DNA of 64,000 bases, taken from positions 93,372,001 to 93,436,000 of the forward strand of contig NC_058386.1 of NCBI RefSeq assembly GCF_018350175.1, given 5' to 3'. The notes beneath the pieces are model-generated. The model worked only from the letters and a program-made list of their open reading frames with translations, was not told where the DNA came from and did no database searches. Source of the DNA: Felis catus (lineage: Eukaryota). The position numbers were made by a program, and so were the translations under genes. Below are positions 25,672-38,395 of the stretch, piece by piece (position 1 is the stretch's first letter; every line of letters begins with the position of its first letter).

Positions 25672-25864
25672 ATAAGTACATTTTAAATCCACATGTCTCT
25701 GAGTTTATCTCAGTAGTCAAAGACTTAATACTTTCAGGTACAGCTTCCTATGATCAAAGTAGGAAGACTCGCCCATTTTAAGAGGGTTACATGTATTTTA
25801 CTCATGTAAGCCTCACATTTACCCCATGAGAAGGCATATTTACCCCATGCGAAGGTACAACTGA

Positions 25865-25985
25865 TACCCGCCATTTGCAGATAGGGAAACTGAGGCACCA
25901 CAAAGGGGTTAAATAATCCACTTACGCTAATTAACTGAAACCAAGCTTGAAACCTTGCAGTTCTGATTCCAGAGACTATGCTGTC
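25865..25985 (-). mobile_element. MIR fragment
   Basis: ccatttgcagatagggaaactgaggcac core. Confidence 0.6.
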
Positions 25986-26528
25986 CAACGGTAAACTCTC
26001 CTGTCTTCATTACGGAATGGGCTACTTTATCTTTCATACTGTAGCCCCTAGTCTTTGGATGGGACAGATTTGCATGTGAACATTAGGCTATTATTACTGA
26101 CAGTGTCCATTAATCATTAATACGCTGTTTGACAAAGTAATAAGATAAGCGTGTAACATTTCATCTGGGGATTCAGCTATCAATAAAAAAAAAAAAAGTA
26201 AAGCAAATGAGAAAGTACTGTTAATGCTGAGGGACTGAGGGACAGGAAGCCTGAGTGAGGCTCAGGGGACTTAGATCATTTAAAAGCTGAATTAAAATCA
26301 TGGATATAATGCTGTTCTGCACAGAGGCTGACTGGAAAGACTCGGGTGTCATTACAGTGAGTTGGACACATAAGGGTGTGTGGTTTGTCCTGTATGTGAC
26401 ACCACAACACAGGCCATTGAAATTTAGTCCTTTATATACAGTCGCCTACTTGGAATTCAAACAGGAAAATTGAAATCCTGGAGGTCCGAGACTGGAAGAA
26501 GCAGAGGGTGTTAAAAATTCTTTATCAT

Positions 26529-26742
26529 GGGGCGCCTGGGTAGCTCGATCTGTCGAGCGTCTGACTCTTGATTGTGGCTCAGGTCATGATCCCAGGGTCA
26601 TGAGACCGAGCCCCACATAGGGCTCTGTGCTGAGCATGGAACCTGCTTAAGATCCTCTCTCCCCTCCCCCCCCTTCCCTCCCTCCCTCTGCCCTGCCCTT
26701 CTCACGTGCTCTCTGTCTAAAATTAAAAAAATTAAATAAAAT
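26529..26742 (+). mobile_element. Older Can-SINE
   Basis: Consensus head, CT-rich region, A tail. Confidence 0.85.
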
Positions 26743-27301
26743 TATTTATCGTGTATGAGGGAGGAGTGAGGGGTTGTCTGATCCTATTTGCCATGTATTA
26801 CCTTTTCACACTGGCATCAGGAGAAACAATTTAATAGCCATGACCTGGAAAATTGGTACTGTAAAAAGTAACTGTCAACTTTTTAGTTTACTGATCTGCG
26901 CTCAGGTAGGAAGACTGTATTCCTGTTGAGTACTTAAAATTAATGAAGGGTTTAAAAGAACATACCAAACAATCTGTATGCTTAAAGGCTTTATTTTGTG
27001 ATTGATGAAAAAAAAACTACTTCCATTTTAATGACATAAAAACTGGGACTTGTGATTCCACAATAATTTATTGCTTAAAAATGGGGAGTCAAATGGGAAA
27101 ACTTAGTTCTGTGATTTCAGCTTCCCTTCCCAAACCTATCTACATTCTACTTGGTTTTCAAGGTCTGGTTTAAACAACCACCCCCACCTTGCGTAAAGGT
27201 TTTGCTGACTAACCCACATACATGGCAAACTTTTTGCTCATAGTAAGTAATCAATTACTATATCTTGATTAATTGTATTGTCACATATATGATCAATCCA
27301 C

Positions 27302-27304
27302 ATC

Positions 27305-27335
<31 letters not shown>

Positions 27336-27364
27336 CTATCTCTCTATCGATCTATCCATCCATC
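27302..27364. repeat. (CTAT)n tetranucleotide repeat
   Basis: Seen directly. Confidence 0.9.
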
Positions 27365-27575
27365 CTCTTAGGAATGGATAGAGGATGGTTCCAATGATTC
27401 CAATGGTTAAAAGTGAGAGAAGACACAGGAAGAAATAGAGTAGAATTTCTCGCACACCTTCACAAAAAATTTAAAAACTCAAAGCATCAGCAGAACAAAG
27501 GATTTCTCTGAAATGATGTCATGTAATCTCTCTCAACATACTTTAGAGCGATTAAGAAATTATAAATCTTCTTAA

Positions 27576-27788
27576 TAAAGTTTTGTTTGATGTTTATTTA
27601 TTTTTGACAAAGAGAGAGACAGAGCATGAGCAGGGAGGGGCAGAGAGAGGGAGACACAGAATCTGAAACAGGCTCCAGGCTCCGAGCTGTCAGCACAGAG
27701 CCCGACATGGGGCTGGAACCCACAGACCGCAAGATCATGACCTGAGCCGAAGTCGGACGCTCAACCGGCTGAGCCACCCAGGCGCCCC
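27576..27788 (-). mobile_element. Can-SINE with 22-bp TSD
   Basis: TSD aagaaattataaatcttcttaa (27554-27575 / 27789-27810). Confidence 0.95.
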
Positions 27789-27931
27789 AAGAAATTATAA
27801 ATCTTCTTAAACTGGTTTATAGCTAAAGTTTAGCCCTATCATACACAGTTTATTTTTTTCAGTTCACAGTGGAATAATATACAACTATAAATACGTTTTT
27901 ATTTTATTTAAATAAACTAAATAGATAATTA

Positions 27932-27971
27932 ATAGATAGATGATAGATAGATAGATAGATAGATAGATATA
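27932..27971. repeat. (GATA)n tetranucleotide repeat
   Basis: Seen directly. Confidence 0.9.
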
Positions 27972-28774
27972 AAAGAGAGAAAGAGACACCCGATTCTATT
28001 GGCCACATACGTGTTTGGTGAAGGTGGGTAATGATCAATGATTAGGATCAGTTCCATATTCTGGCTGTAGAATTCCCTTGTTTTTTAGCTTTTAATTAGT
28101 AACCTCAAGGGTCTACACTCATTTTGTAGTGTGAGTTGATGGTTCAGAGCGGAGCAGAACTTTTTCTTTTTTAAGTAATAATTCCCGAATGCCTTTACAG
28201 CAAATAAATTTATAAACAAGTTTTATTGCTTCATTTTTATACTGTAATAGGAAATCAGAGGTTACTATTAATGAATTCCTTGAGTGATAAAATTGTGAAC
28301 CTGTTAGTTTTTTTTTTTTTTAATCTTAGAAAAACAGTTAAAATGAATGTAATGCTTCTGTAGGTAGATTGTTCTAGCACTCTTTGGGGGTTTGGTTAGT
28401 CACTGATTCCCAAAGGGCTAATAGCCCCATATCTTATATTATTATGTGTAATGTCAGTCTACAATAGATGCAGAGAGAAATTGATGACTATTCTTGGTGG
28501 AAGTAAAAGAAAAAGGATCTGGTATCTCTCCAACAAATTTTTTTTAAGCCAAGTTTTTAAAAAGCAGAAATGAGTTGGTTTCTCAACAGACTTATTTCCC
28601 TCGTCCTTTCATTATGCTTCTATACCTATTTTTAAAATCACTGTAAACAAATGGACAAAACTGATGACATATGGTAGAATTATAAGCCCGAAAACTACTC
28701 ATGTATACGATGACCCTCTTCCCCACTTGGGAAGGTATTCTTTATTAGGATGGTTACTTATCTTTTTGAAAAAT

Positions 28775-28965
28775 ATACTTTTATTGTCATAAAATACACA
28801 TACCATTAAAGTTACCATCTTAACCATGGTTACATGTACATTTCAGTAGTATTACATACATTCACACAGTTTTGGGACCATCACCGCCATCCATCTTTGT
28901 AATTTTTTTCATCTTGTAAAACTGAAACTCTATACCCATTGAACAAGTTCCCCTCCACCCCAATC
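28775..28965 (-). mobile_element. Old L1M 3' end fragment
   Basis: tttattgtcataaaatacacata...accatcaccgccatccatc...aaactgaaactctatacccatt. Confidence 0.65.
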
Positions 28966-29535
28966 CTTGGTTACACTTTCTGCCTGATACATTGCCTCTT
29001 GCTCCACAAAATCTTAAGTTAGCACACACTCACTCATTTCATTAGTTTGAAGGTTCATTACCACCCTCTCACTGAATTATGGTCTACCTTAACTTTTTTC
29101 CTGCTTCTACTGCCAAACCTCAGCCAATCATCTCAATGTTTGGTAAGTAGATTGACAAAATTCATGATCCATGTTTATCTGTCAAATTAGTCAACTGCAT
29201 GATGAAGGCGAATCCAAGGCTTGTAACAATCATGGAATTTCAGCAAGTGTTTGTTGAGGGCCTACTGTCTGCCTAACATTTCTTTGGATGTTAGAGAAGT
29301 GACACACATACTACACAGTACTTCCTTGAAGAAGTTAATAGTCCTGTTAGACCGAAAGGCAATTCTGTATAATAATATAGTCCTGCAGCTTATAGTACAG
29401 ACGACAGTGACTTTCTTTCCTTCCTACCTTCAAGAGCCTCAGTTTCTACAACTATAGAATAAGAGGACTGTACCAAGTGATCTTTCTGATCTTCCTGGAT
29501 CAAACTAACCTTTTTGTTACAAACAAGGATGCAGA

Positions 29536-29782
29536 GGGGCGCCTGGGTGGCTCAGTCGGTTAAGCGTCCGACTTTGGCTCAGGTCATGATCTCACAGTTC
29601 GTGAGTTCAAGCCCCGCGTCGGGCTCTGTGCTGACAGCTCAGAGCCTGGAGCCGGCTTCACATTCTGTGTCTCCCTCTCTCTCTGCCCCTTCCCTGCTCA
29701 TGCTCTGTCTCTCTCTGTCTCAAAAATAAATAAACATTAAAAAAAAAAGAAGAATTTTTAAAATAAAATTAAAAAAAAAAAA
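29536..29782 (+). mobile_element. Can-SINE
   Basis: Consensus with long A tail. Confidence 0.93.
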
Positions 29783-32700
29783 ACCACAGGGATACAGAAA
29801 CCACTGAGGTTAAATGCCTTACATCCCTAAGGTTACAAATCTGGAAACATAAATTATATGAATGTATAAAATGGAGAAAGGAATATGAAGAAACCTCTCA
29901 CAAATTTTACCACTAAAATAAAAGTAGTGAGAATTTAATAGAATTTAATAATTTAATACATCATTACACCTAGAATCTAATGTAATAGTTAAAAACCACT
30001 GACAACTTGAGACGATAATCCATTGCTATAAAGTGATTTGCTACCTTTTTAACCTTAGTGTTGTACTTTGCTGTGGATAAGTACAATTTTCAGAAGAGTA
30101 GCCAAACTTGTTCCTATCTATGGTCGATATGCTGAGTCTCTTGATTCAGAGTGAAGCAACTAGAGCAAATAAAAGGACATTTATCTGTAGCCTAATACAG
30201 AATGCATGTATGAAAACACTCACATTGTTAGAATTTAAAAAGTATTCTATCCCTCCTCCCACATTTCTTTACTTTTTCATGCAAATTGAAATAATGCTTA
30301 TTCTTTCTGCCTGGGAGTCATTCTCGGATCACCTTTCTCCCTCTAGTCTCAAGCTTCTCAGTTATTTTGACAAAATGCTGCTCAAAACTTTCCCCCTTTT
30401 CATTCCCATTGTGATTATAGAATCTGAGGATTAGCGCCTTAAGGCTCACTTCCGACAACTCCCCAATTCCGCGTTTGAAGTCTACACGTCTCCCACACAC
30501 ATCACAATGCCACAAAATCGGGCTGCCCAACGTCTGGGCAAAGCAGACGTGTGGTTAATAGCAACCAGATGCTAAGGTAGCTGTCAAATGTCGAGACGTT
30601 TTATGAAGGTGGGGCTGGGAGGACGATGCAGATTGTAAAGCCAAGGAACAATACCTAAAATTCACATGTGCTATGATTTTGTATGTGCAGTGGAGAGGGA
30701 CTGCTGGTCATATAAAGGATTATCTAGGTTGACACCCGCACACGTTGTATTGTGTTTGGTTTTGTTCGTTTGCTTTTTGTTTTTTAGGCCTCAAGGTCTG
30801 TCTCCAATGTGCCTGGCATGGTGTTTAAGGTTCTATACGCATCATCTTCCTTTTGAATTTGAGTCTTGTCTTTCCTACTGGCTTATGAACTCGCATAGGA
30901 TGAAATTACATATTATTCACTTCCCCCACAACTACCCTCTGCATACATCATTACACATTGTGGGCTCTTTCAATACATATTTGCTTAATAATTAATACAT
31001 AAGAGCACACGAGCACTGTGGAGAAAGGTTTTTATAGTACAAATTTACAGTTTAATGACTTGCGTTCTCGTCTTTTCTGAGCCTCGATGTCCTCCCCTGT
31101 TTAAGTAAGCCAGACTGAATGGTTTACTAAGGGCATTGCAAATGTTGCAATATATGAAAATACCAGCAGGTTTGCGGTTCTGAAAATTCGCTTCAATAAT
31201 AATGCTCAAGTAGTTGAGTTTTATAGCCAAGAAGACAATTGTAACTCTTCTCCAACTACTTAAGAACTCCTTAAACAATCTAAAATGAAACCTCACTTAG
31301 GATCTTGATCTTGTCCTTTCCTTTTTCACTCCAGGGCCTAAGTAGGAAATGATTCATTATTTAAAGGTTACTAAACGAGTGGAAATTTCTCTTCTTTTTG
31401 TCTTTTTTTGACAGCAAATTTAGGACATCATTGGCTACCAATAACAAATTAAATATAACCATTTTTAGGTGGTTTAAATTAAACCATCTGCAGCCACAGT
31501 CCCTCCACAAGAATTAATTAATATCTCGGTGAATATCAGGGCTGTCATTGCTTAGCTGATGATTGAGCTTCGTGATTAGAAATTGTCTTTTCCTTTAATA
31601 TATTCCTAGACTGAATTGGATATGTAAGCTATTACTTTATAGAGGACTTCAAAAGAAAAGGAAATTTGTGGGCAGATATTCATCTCGAGGCCTTTAATTA
31701 CATTTCATATTATCTTTTTCCCCTTGTATCAGAACCTTTCTTTTATGAGGCGTATTCAATTTACTGTATTTGTATTCAGAACTCTTTGAGTCTTTGAGAG
31801 TGACCGCAGATGGCTGGACGGAGCAAAGGAAAGGCCATTTATAGCTTGCTCATGACTTCTTTCTGTGTTCTATTTTGATTTCTAATTACTTTCTCTTGAA
31901 AATGATATCAAGCTCCTTTATCACCATCTTCAATGAATCTAAAGTTATACCCTTTGTGTTGGCATAAAATAATTTCAAAGGAACTATTCAAACTTGGGTC
32001 CTCAGCCGGATTTTAACCTGTGGCACTCAAGCCTACTCTAGATCTAGCTGAATAATCGTGTAGATTTCTATCACCATCATCACTTTAAGGATATTTTTTT
32101 TGAAACTTAACTACACGTGACATTGTAAAAACATGGCAGAGAATATAACAGTTATTCTTAGAGTCACAGAACTGGCAAGCCAGTATTTAATGAACATTTT
32201 TTGTGTGATGTGGTTCCTACCATAGAGGAACTTACATTTCTTTCAGCAAGATAAAATAGATACATGCACCATCAGATGTTCTTTGGATAGCTGAAAATAT
32301 GATATGGATCTCTGGAGATAGGTGAAGCTTGGAGGTAAAAGAATTTGGACCAATCCATACTCTTCTGGCATAGCTGAATTTCAGAACTTTCCAAGGGAAA
32401 GAAGGTTGTAGAGAGGGAAGAACAGAGGTCCAAACAGTAAGCATTGATTATGCAAAGCTTTGGGGAATATCTAAGCATTATATTTCTCTCAGAATCTTCA
32501 AAATGAAACACGCAGGCTTTCTCTCCCAACTGTATACGTTATCACATTCAATTATTGTTAAGGTTCTGCTCTGTGCAAGACATTTGACTGAATAGTCCAA
32601 GGTCTCCCAGAAGAGGAAACAATATATAACTTGTGATCTCCAGGAAGCTGGAGTCCAGTTGGGGAGCCAATATATGAGTGCCACATAAAGGGTTTGGTCT

Positions 32701-33649
32701 CCCCCCCCCAAAAAAAAAGGTTTCTGTTACATTAAACTTAGAGAAATTTCCAGGAATAGATATAGAAACGTTTTTGCCCCAAAGCTCAAAGAAGGAATAT
32801 GGATTTGGATCAATTCTCTCAGGTGCCTTGTTCACTATCACCTGAACTTATAGTGACCAAATCTCTTTTTTGCTGACTCAGAAATGTCCAGATGGATAGC
32901 ATTTTTGTAGAAAACAGAAACAAAACCAAAAACATCTCCCCGAGTCTGGTGTCCTTCATGCTCAATCTTGTTACTAGTAAGTAAGTAGATATCTGAATTA
33001 CACATTGACTTATAGTACTAGTAAGTAAATGATTCGCTGTGGATTAAACTCTCGGATAAAATCAGTTGTCTATCAAGTGACTACTAATTCTCAATACCAA
33101 AAGAGTCATACATTTTTATTAGATAATTTACAGAACTTAATATTTTAAGAATATTAGCAAAGTAATTCACAATTCCAAGATCCAAGGATGACATTATGAA
33201 AACATTAACAAGTTGGGTACTAAGAATTTTAATAAAGCAATGGAACTGAAGTATACTGATAGCATTTGTAACAGACTTCCTATTGCTTGTGTTTCAAAGG
33301 TAAATGAATACAGGCTTAAAAAAGGGCCCCTAACTTGTTCCAGGTCACTCAGCTAATTATTAGCAAAGCTTACAAGGAGAACCCAAATCTCTTAAACCTC
33401 AAATGAGGTTCTTTTCCACCATGGTCTACCTCTTCTTGAAGGCTATGTGGCACATGAAATGAAAGCCTTTAAAAATTTGACATCATACTGTCCTTGAGAA
33501 TCACGTCATGCTTAGTAAATCTAGAATAAACAGAAAGTGAATTCACACTGTTGGTCTCAATAACCAGAAAGTTCGTAGTACCAGTGTGTGAATATTTTCA
33601 AGGTTGTGATTTTCATTCTTACTGACATAGATAAGAGATCCTGTGTGTG

Positions 33650-33690
33650 ATATATTATATATATATATTCCTGGAGATCACAAGTTATAT

Positions 33691-33735
<45 letters not shown>
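33650..33735. repeat. (TA)n microsatellite interrupted by a 28-bp inverted copy of 32619-32646
   Basis: Seen directly. Confidence 0.9.
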
Positions 33736-33738
<3 letters not shown>

Positions 33739-35009
33739 GAATGAGAGGAAGAGAATCATGGAAAAGACAAGCATATTTTCTGCAGTTTAAATTAGATAAC
33801 TGACCAGTTGACAGGCCATGTGCATTTATTTATGGTAGCATTTTTATTTTTTAATTTGTTAAAGCAACTGAAGTCTGAAACAGCTCAAGGCTGGATGATT
33901 CCTTTCTATAAATTACGTCTCTTGAAATGTACAAATGCAAGCATGAGTCACTAGCTACAGAATTCCAGCTTTAATCCATTATGTCATTTTTATAAGGAAA
34001 CAAACCGGTGACCTTCACGTGGTGTTAAGGACAATGAATCTGTGAATTACAGACTATGGGAAAGATGTGATCATAACACGAACAATCAAATGAGTTCGAT
34101 GCTATGATCTAAAAGGGGAAAAAAAATAAAGTACATTTTGAAGGCAAACTGAAACATTCACATACCTTGGAAGCAAATGTCAAATAGTTAACTTTCAGTT
34201 AGATGTGCATGGGCAGAAACAGTAACCAGAAAGAAAATGCACAGCCCAAGCAAATCTGCAATGTAGGTTTTGTGGAGTGGTTTCAATTTTCTATTGACTC
34301 ATCGGAACTTTTCAACTATAGGGTTACTGAAATTGTAAAAAGGGGGAAAGGGAAAGGAATTCAATATTGAGCCCCACTCTATCCTAGTCAATGCATTTGA
34401 CAAAGTACATACATTCCCTCATGTAATTTGCACAACCGTAATAAACAGGAAATGGAGACGCAGAGAATTTAAGTCACATGCCCAAGCGCATAGCCCATCT
34501 CCATAGAGCCAGGCATCGAGCCAAGCCTGTCTCACTACAGAGGTTATGGATACTTTTTGCATGGCACCCTGATTAGCAGCCTGAAGTTTTTAAAATACGC
34601 CAAATGTTCATGCCCAAAATGTACTGTCACTATAACATTTACTTAGTCACTGGCAATGTCCTCAAAGGACGACATAAACGGAAAACAAGTCAGGAGACAT
34701 CAGTCATAGGTACGCTTCTACAAATCAAGGATGCGTGTATTCTCAAAGATGTCAGTTCATTTTTAAAGGTGAGGGAATTATTATTTACTAATAGGATTAA
34801 AGGTGGAAAAAGCGTGCAAAACGTTATCTAATAATAGTAATTGGCAATGAAATAGGAAAATGGTAGAAATGAATCATAATATTTTTTTAAAAAAATACCT
34901 GACACGGTTAATGTAATCAGAGGTCTTTGTGATTAAGAACATTTAGAGTATGTAAAAGTAAAAAAAAAAAAATTGCTTTGAAGATGGTGTTTAAGATTAG
35001 ATGAGGAGT

Positions 35010-35230
35010 TTTATTTTATTTTTTTCAATGTTTATTTATTTATTTTCAGAGAGAGCTTGAGCAGGGGAGTGGCAGAGAGAGAGGGAGGGAGACAGAGAAT
35101 CCCAAGCAGGCTCCGCACTGCCAGCATGGGGCCCGATGCAGGGCTCGAACCCACGAACTGTGAAATTGTGACCTGAGCCAAAGGCAAGAGTCGGACGCTT
35201 GACCGACTGAGCCACCACCCAAGGCGCCCC
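35010..35230 (-). mobile_element. Older Can-SINE (host of adjacent insertion)
   Basis: Reverse-complement consensus. Confidence 0.88.
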
Positions 35231-35233
35231 TTA

Positions 35234-35463
35234 TTTATTTTTTTTTTAATTTTTTTTCAAAGTTTTTTATTTATTTTTGGGACAGAGAGAGACAGAGCAT
35301 GAACGGGGGAGGGGCAGAGAGAGAGGGAGACACAGAATTGGAAACAGGCTCCAGGCTCTGAGCCATCAGCCCAGAGCCTGATGCGGGGCTCGAACTCACG
35401 GACCGCGAGATCGTGACCTGGCTGAAGTCGGACGCTTAACCGACTGCGCCACCCAGGCGCCCC
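35234..35463 (-). mobile_element. Young Can-SINE inserted at the head of the older SINE
   Basis: TSD caaggcgcccctta (35220-35233 / 35465-35478). Confidence 0.93.
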
Positions 35464-35834
35464 TCAAGGCGCCCCTTAAAGAGCAATTTAAATAAGTTTT
35501 AGAGTCTGAGTGTTCTCATCTTATGAGGGTAACAGTTTGTCCCTTGCAAGATTGTTCTAAGGATGTGATGCATAACGTATACACAGAAGCTAGTGCATGA
35601 TAAACTTAAACAAGAAAAAAAAAAAAAAAGACCAGACATATTTACCTTAAGTTCCCCCAAATCACATTTACTAGGGGGAAAAAGGCAGTCATAATAACAC
35701 AGGAAACATTTTGAGTACGTATGCCGTGAAATTCCATTCTGCTCTTATAGCTTCATAACATAATAAATGCTTCTATTTTAATCTAATTTCGTATATGATA
35801 GTTATATTTTCTCATCATTTAACAAGCTCAACCT

Positions 35835-36059
35835 TATTTTTTTTATTTTTTTAAATGTTTATTTATTTTTTAGTCAGAGAGAGAGAGAGAGAGAGACAGA
35901 GCGTGAGCAGGGGAGGGGCAGAGAGAGAGGGAGACAGAATCTGAAGCAGGCTCTGTGCTGTCAGCACAAAGCCTGATGCGGGGCTCGAACTCATAGACTG
36001 TGAGATCATGACCTGAGCTGAAGTCAGACGCTTAGCCGACTGAGCCACCCAGGTGTCCC
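35835..36059 (-). mobile_element. Can-SINE
   Basis: TSD aacaagctcaac. Confidence 0.92.
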
Positions 36060-36090
36060 AACAAGCTCAACTTTAAACATGGCATCTGCA

Positions 36091-36745
36091 TTTTATTTAT
36101 TTATTTTATTTAATTTTTTATTTTTTTTTACATTTACATCCAAATTAGTTAGCATATAGTGCAACAATGATTTCAGGGGTAGATTCCTTAATGCTCCTTA
36201 CCCATTTAGCCCATCCCCTCTCCCATAGCCCCTCCAGTAACCCTCAGTTTGTTCTCCATATTTAGGAGTCTCTTCTGTTTTGTCCCCCTCCCTGTTTTTG
36301 TATTATTTTTGTTTTCCTTCCCTTATGTTCATCTGTTTTGTCTCTTAAAGTCCTCATACGAGTGAAGTCATATGATACTTGNNNNNNNNNNNNNNNNNNN
36401 NNNNNNNNNNNNNNNNNNNNNNNNNNNNNNNNNNNNNNNNNNNNNNNNNNNNNNNNNNNNNNNNNNNNNNNNNNNNNNNNNNNNNNNNNNNNNNNNNNNN
36501 NNNNNNNNNNNNNNNNNNNNNNNNNNNNNNNNNNNNNNNNNNNNNNNNNNNNNNGCTGTTGTTGATAGTGCTGCTATAAACATGGGGGTGCATGTGCCCC
36601 CTCGAAACAGCACCCCTGTATGCCGCGGATAAATGCCTCGTAGGATAATTGCTGGGTCATAGGGTAGTTCTCTTTGTAGTTTTTTGAGGAACCTCCATAC
36701 TGTTTCCCAGAGTGGCTGCACCAGCTTGCATTCCCACCAACAGTG
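36091..36745 (-). mobile_element. 5'-truncated felid L1 (ORF2 C-terminus plus 3' UTR), spans a gap
   Basis: Minus ORF HCWWECKLVQPLWETVWRFLKKL..ELPYDPAI..GIYP is the L1 ORF2p cysteine-rich tail; poly(T) at left end. Confidence 0.92.
36382..36554. other. Assembly gap (N)
   Basis: Run of N. Confidence 1.
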
Positions 36746-37580
36746 TTTTCTTTTGGTATACTGATAATATATTTTGTACTGAGTTTTTCCTGCAACTTTT
36801 ACAGTGAAGCTGATCGTGCCAAGTTGAGTAAATATTGTGACTAAATGGTTTTGAATAAAAACAAAGCACACCAAACAAATCCACCAGTGATCTGAGAATA
36901 TTTTAAGAACGAGTTTTCAATATTACTCAGAGCAAAAGCCTATAGAGTATTCAGAACCTGTCATTAGTTTTTAGCTGAACTCTGAATTTGTTAGCTTTCA
37001 GGAAACTGGAAAGAAAATCGCTGGCTGTATATATGCCACGACAAGTTAAACAAAAAGGGGGCTGTGAGGAGGACATAAACTTGCACAACAAACTACAAAA
37101 CCAACCCCTCCCCAAAATAACCCGTAATGAATATCAACTGTGAAAAGAGGAGTTTAAAATAAAGTTTCAAACACAGCTTTTGCCCATAATAAAGAAGGCA
37201 TAGAGTTTCTTCTACTTGGTCCTTTTTTGGATGCTTACGGACTTGGCACATTCCTCACCAGAGAAGTCACAGGGACGTATGGTTTCGTATTAAGATCAAT
37301 GACTGAAAAGACTCATCTCAAATAGAAAAGTTTGCATCATTCTGATTATACATAAACACTTAATATTTGCTGATGCGAGATAGAGGCCATATAAAAATTG
37401 ACCTTTGGGTGTATCTTATTCAATTAAAAAAGATTTCATAATGCTTCAGCTGTCTGGCTATATTTGTCATAAGTTTTGGGGTTTTTTTTGTTTGTTTTTT
37501 TTTTAATGTTCTGCCCCAGCTTCGGCATCACTACAAAATACGTACACTTGCAGAGCTTCGGGTATTGACGTTATTGTTAC

Positions 37581-37777
37581 TTTTTAATTTTTATTTATAT
37601 ATAAAGTGTGAGCAGGGGGAGGGGCAGAGAGAGAGAGAGAGAGAGAGAGAATCCCAAGTGGACTCCATGCCGTTAGCACAGAGGCCAACGCAGGGCTCGA
37701 CCTCAGGAACCGTGAGATCATGAGCTGAGCTGAAACCAAGAGTCAGTTGCTTAACTGACTGCACCACCCAGGCGCCC
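37581..37777 (-). mobile_element. Can-SINE
   Basis: Reverse-complement consensus. Confidence 0.85.
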
Positions 37778-38172
37778 TGCATTATTATGTTTTAATTAAA
37801 ACCTGGCCTTTCCTGATTCTCGATGTATATGTGGTTACCCAATTATCATGTGAAATCAATGCAGTTCCCCATGTATTTTTAACAATGCTATCAATCTTTC
37901 AAAGTTATTTTAAGATCTGATGTTTTTATTGGTAGTAATGGATTCAATCCCAAATCTTTTTTAACAGTTTTATTGAGATATAATTCGGATACGATGCAAT
38001 TCACCCACTTGAAAGTATACAGTTCGATGGTTTCTAGGTTGAGAACTTTTTCATGATCCTCAAAAGGATCCTTTCTTTGTGTATAGACTTGCTTATTCTG
38101 GAACCCACAAACTTGACATATGTACTTGCTGGGAATGTCGGACAGGTTGTTTTATATTAAGAAGAGTTGGCA

Positions 38173-38395
38173 GGGGCGCCTGGGTGGTTCAGTCAGTTAA
38201 AGCGTCCGACTTCAGCTAAGGTCAGGATCTCGCGGTCCGTGAGTTCAAGCCCCGCGTCGGGCCCTGGGCTGATGGCTCGGAGCCTGGAGCCTGCTTCCGA
38301 TTCTGTGTCTCCCTCTCTCTCTGCCCCTGCCCCGTTCAGGCTCTGTCTCTCTCTGTCTCAAAAATAAATAAAACGTTAAAAAAAATTAAAAAAAA
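38173..38395 (+). mobile_element. Young Can-SINE
   Basis: TSD aagaagagttggca. Confidence 0.95.

Noticed and set aside
25815-25856. Short tandem duplications (also ~22279, ~29931, ~46772, ~47812)
   Set aside because: Ordinary 10-25 bp slippage duplications with two copies and no spacer organisation; not CRISPR-like.
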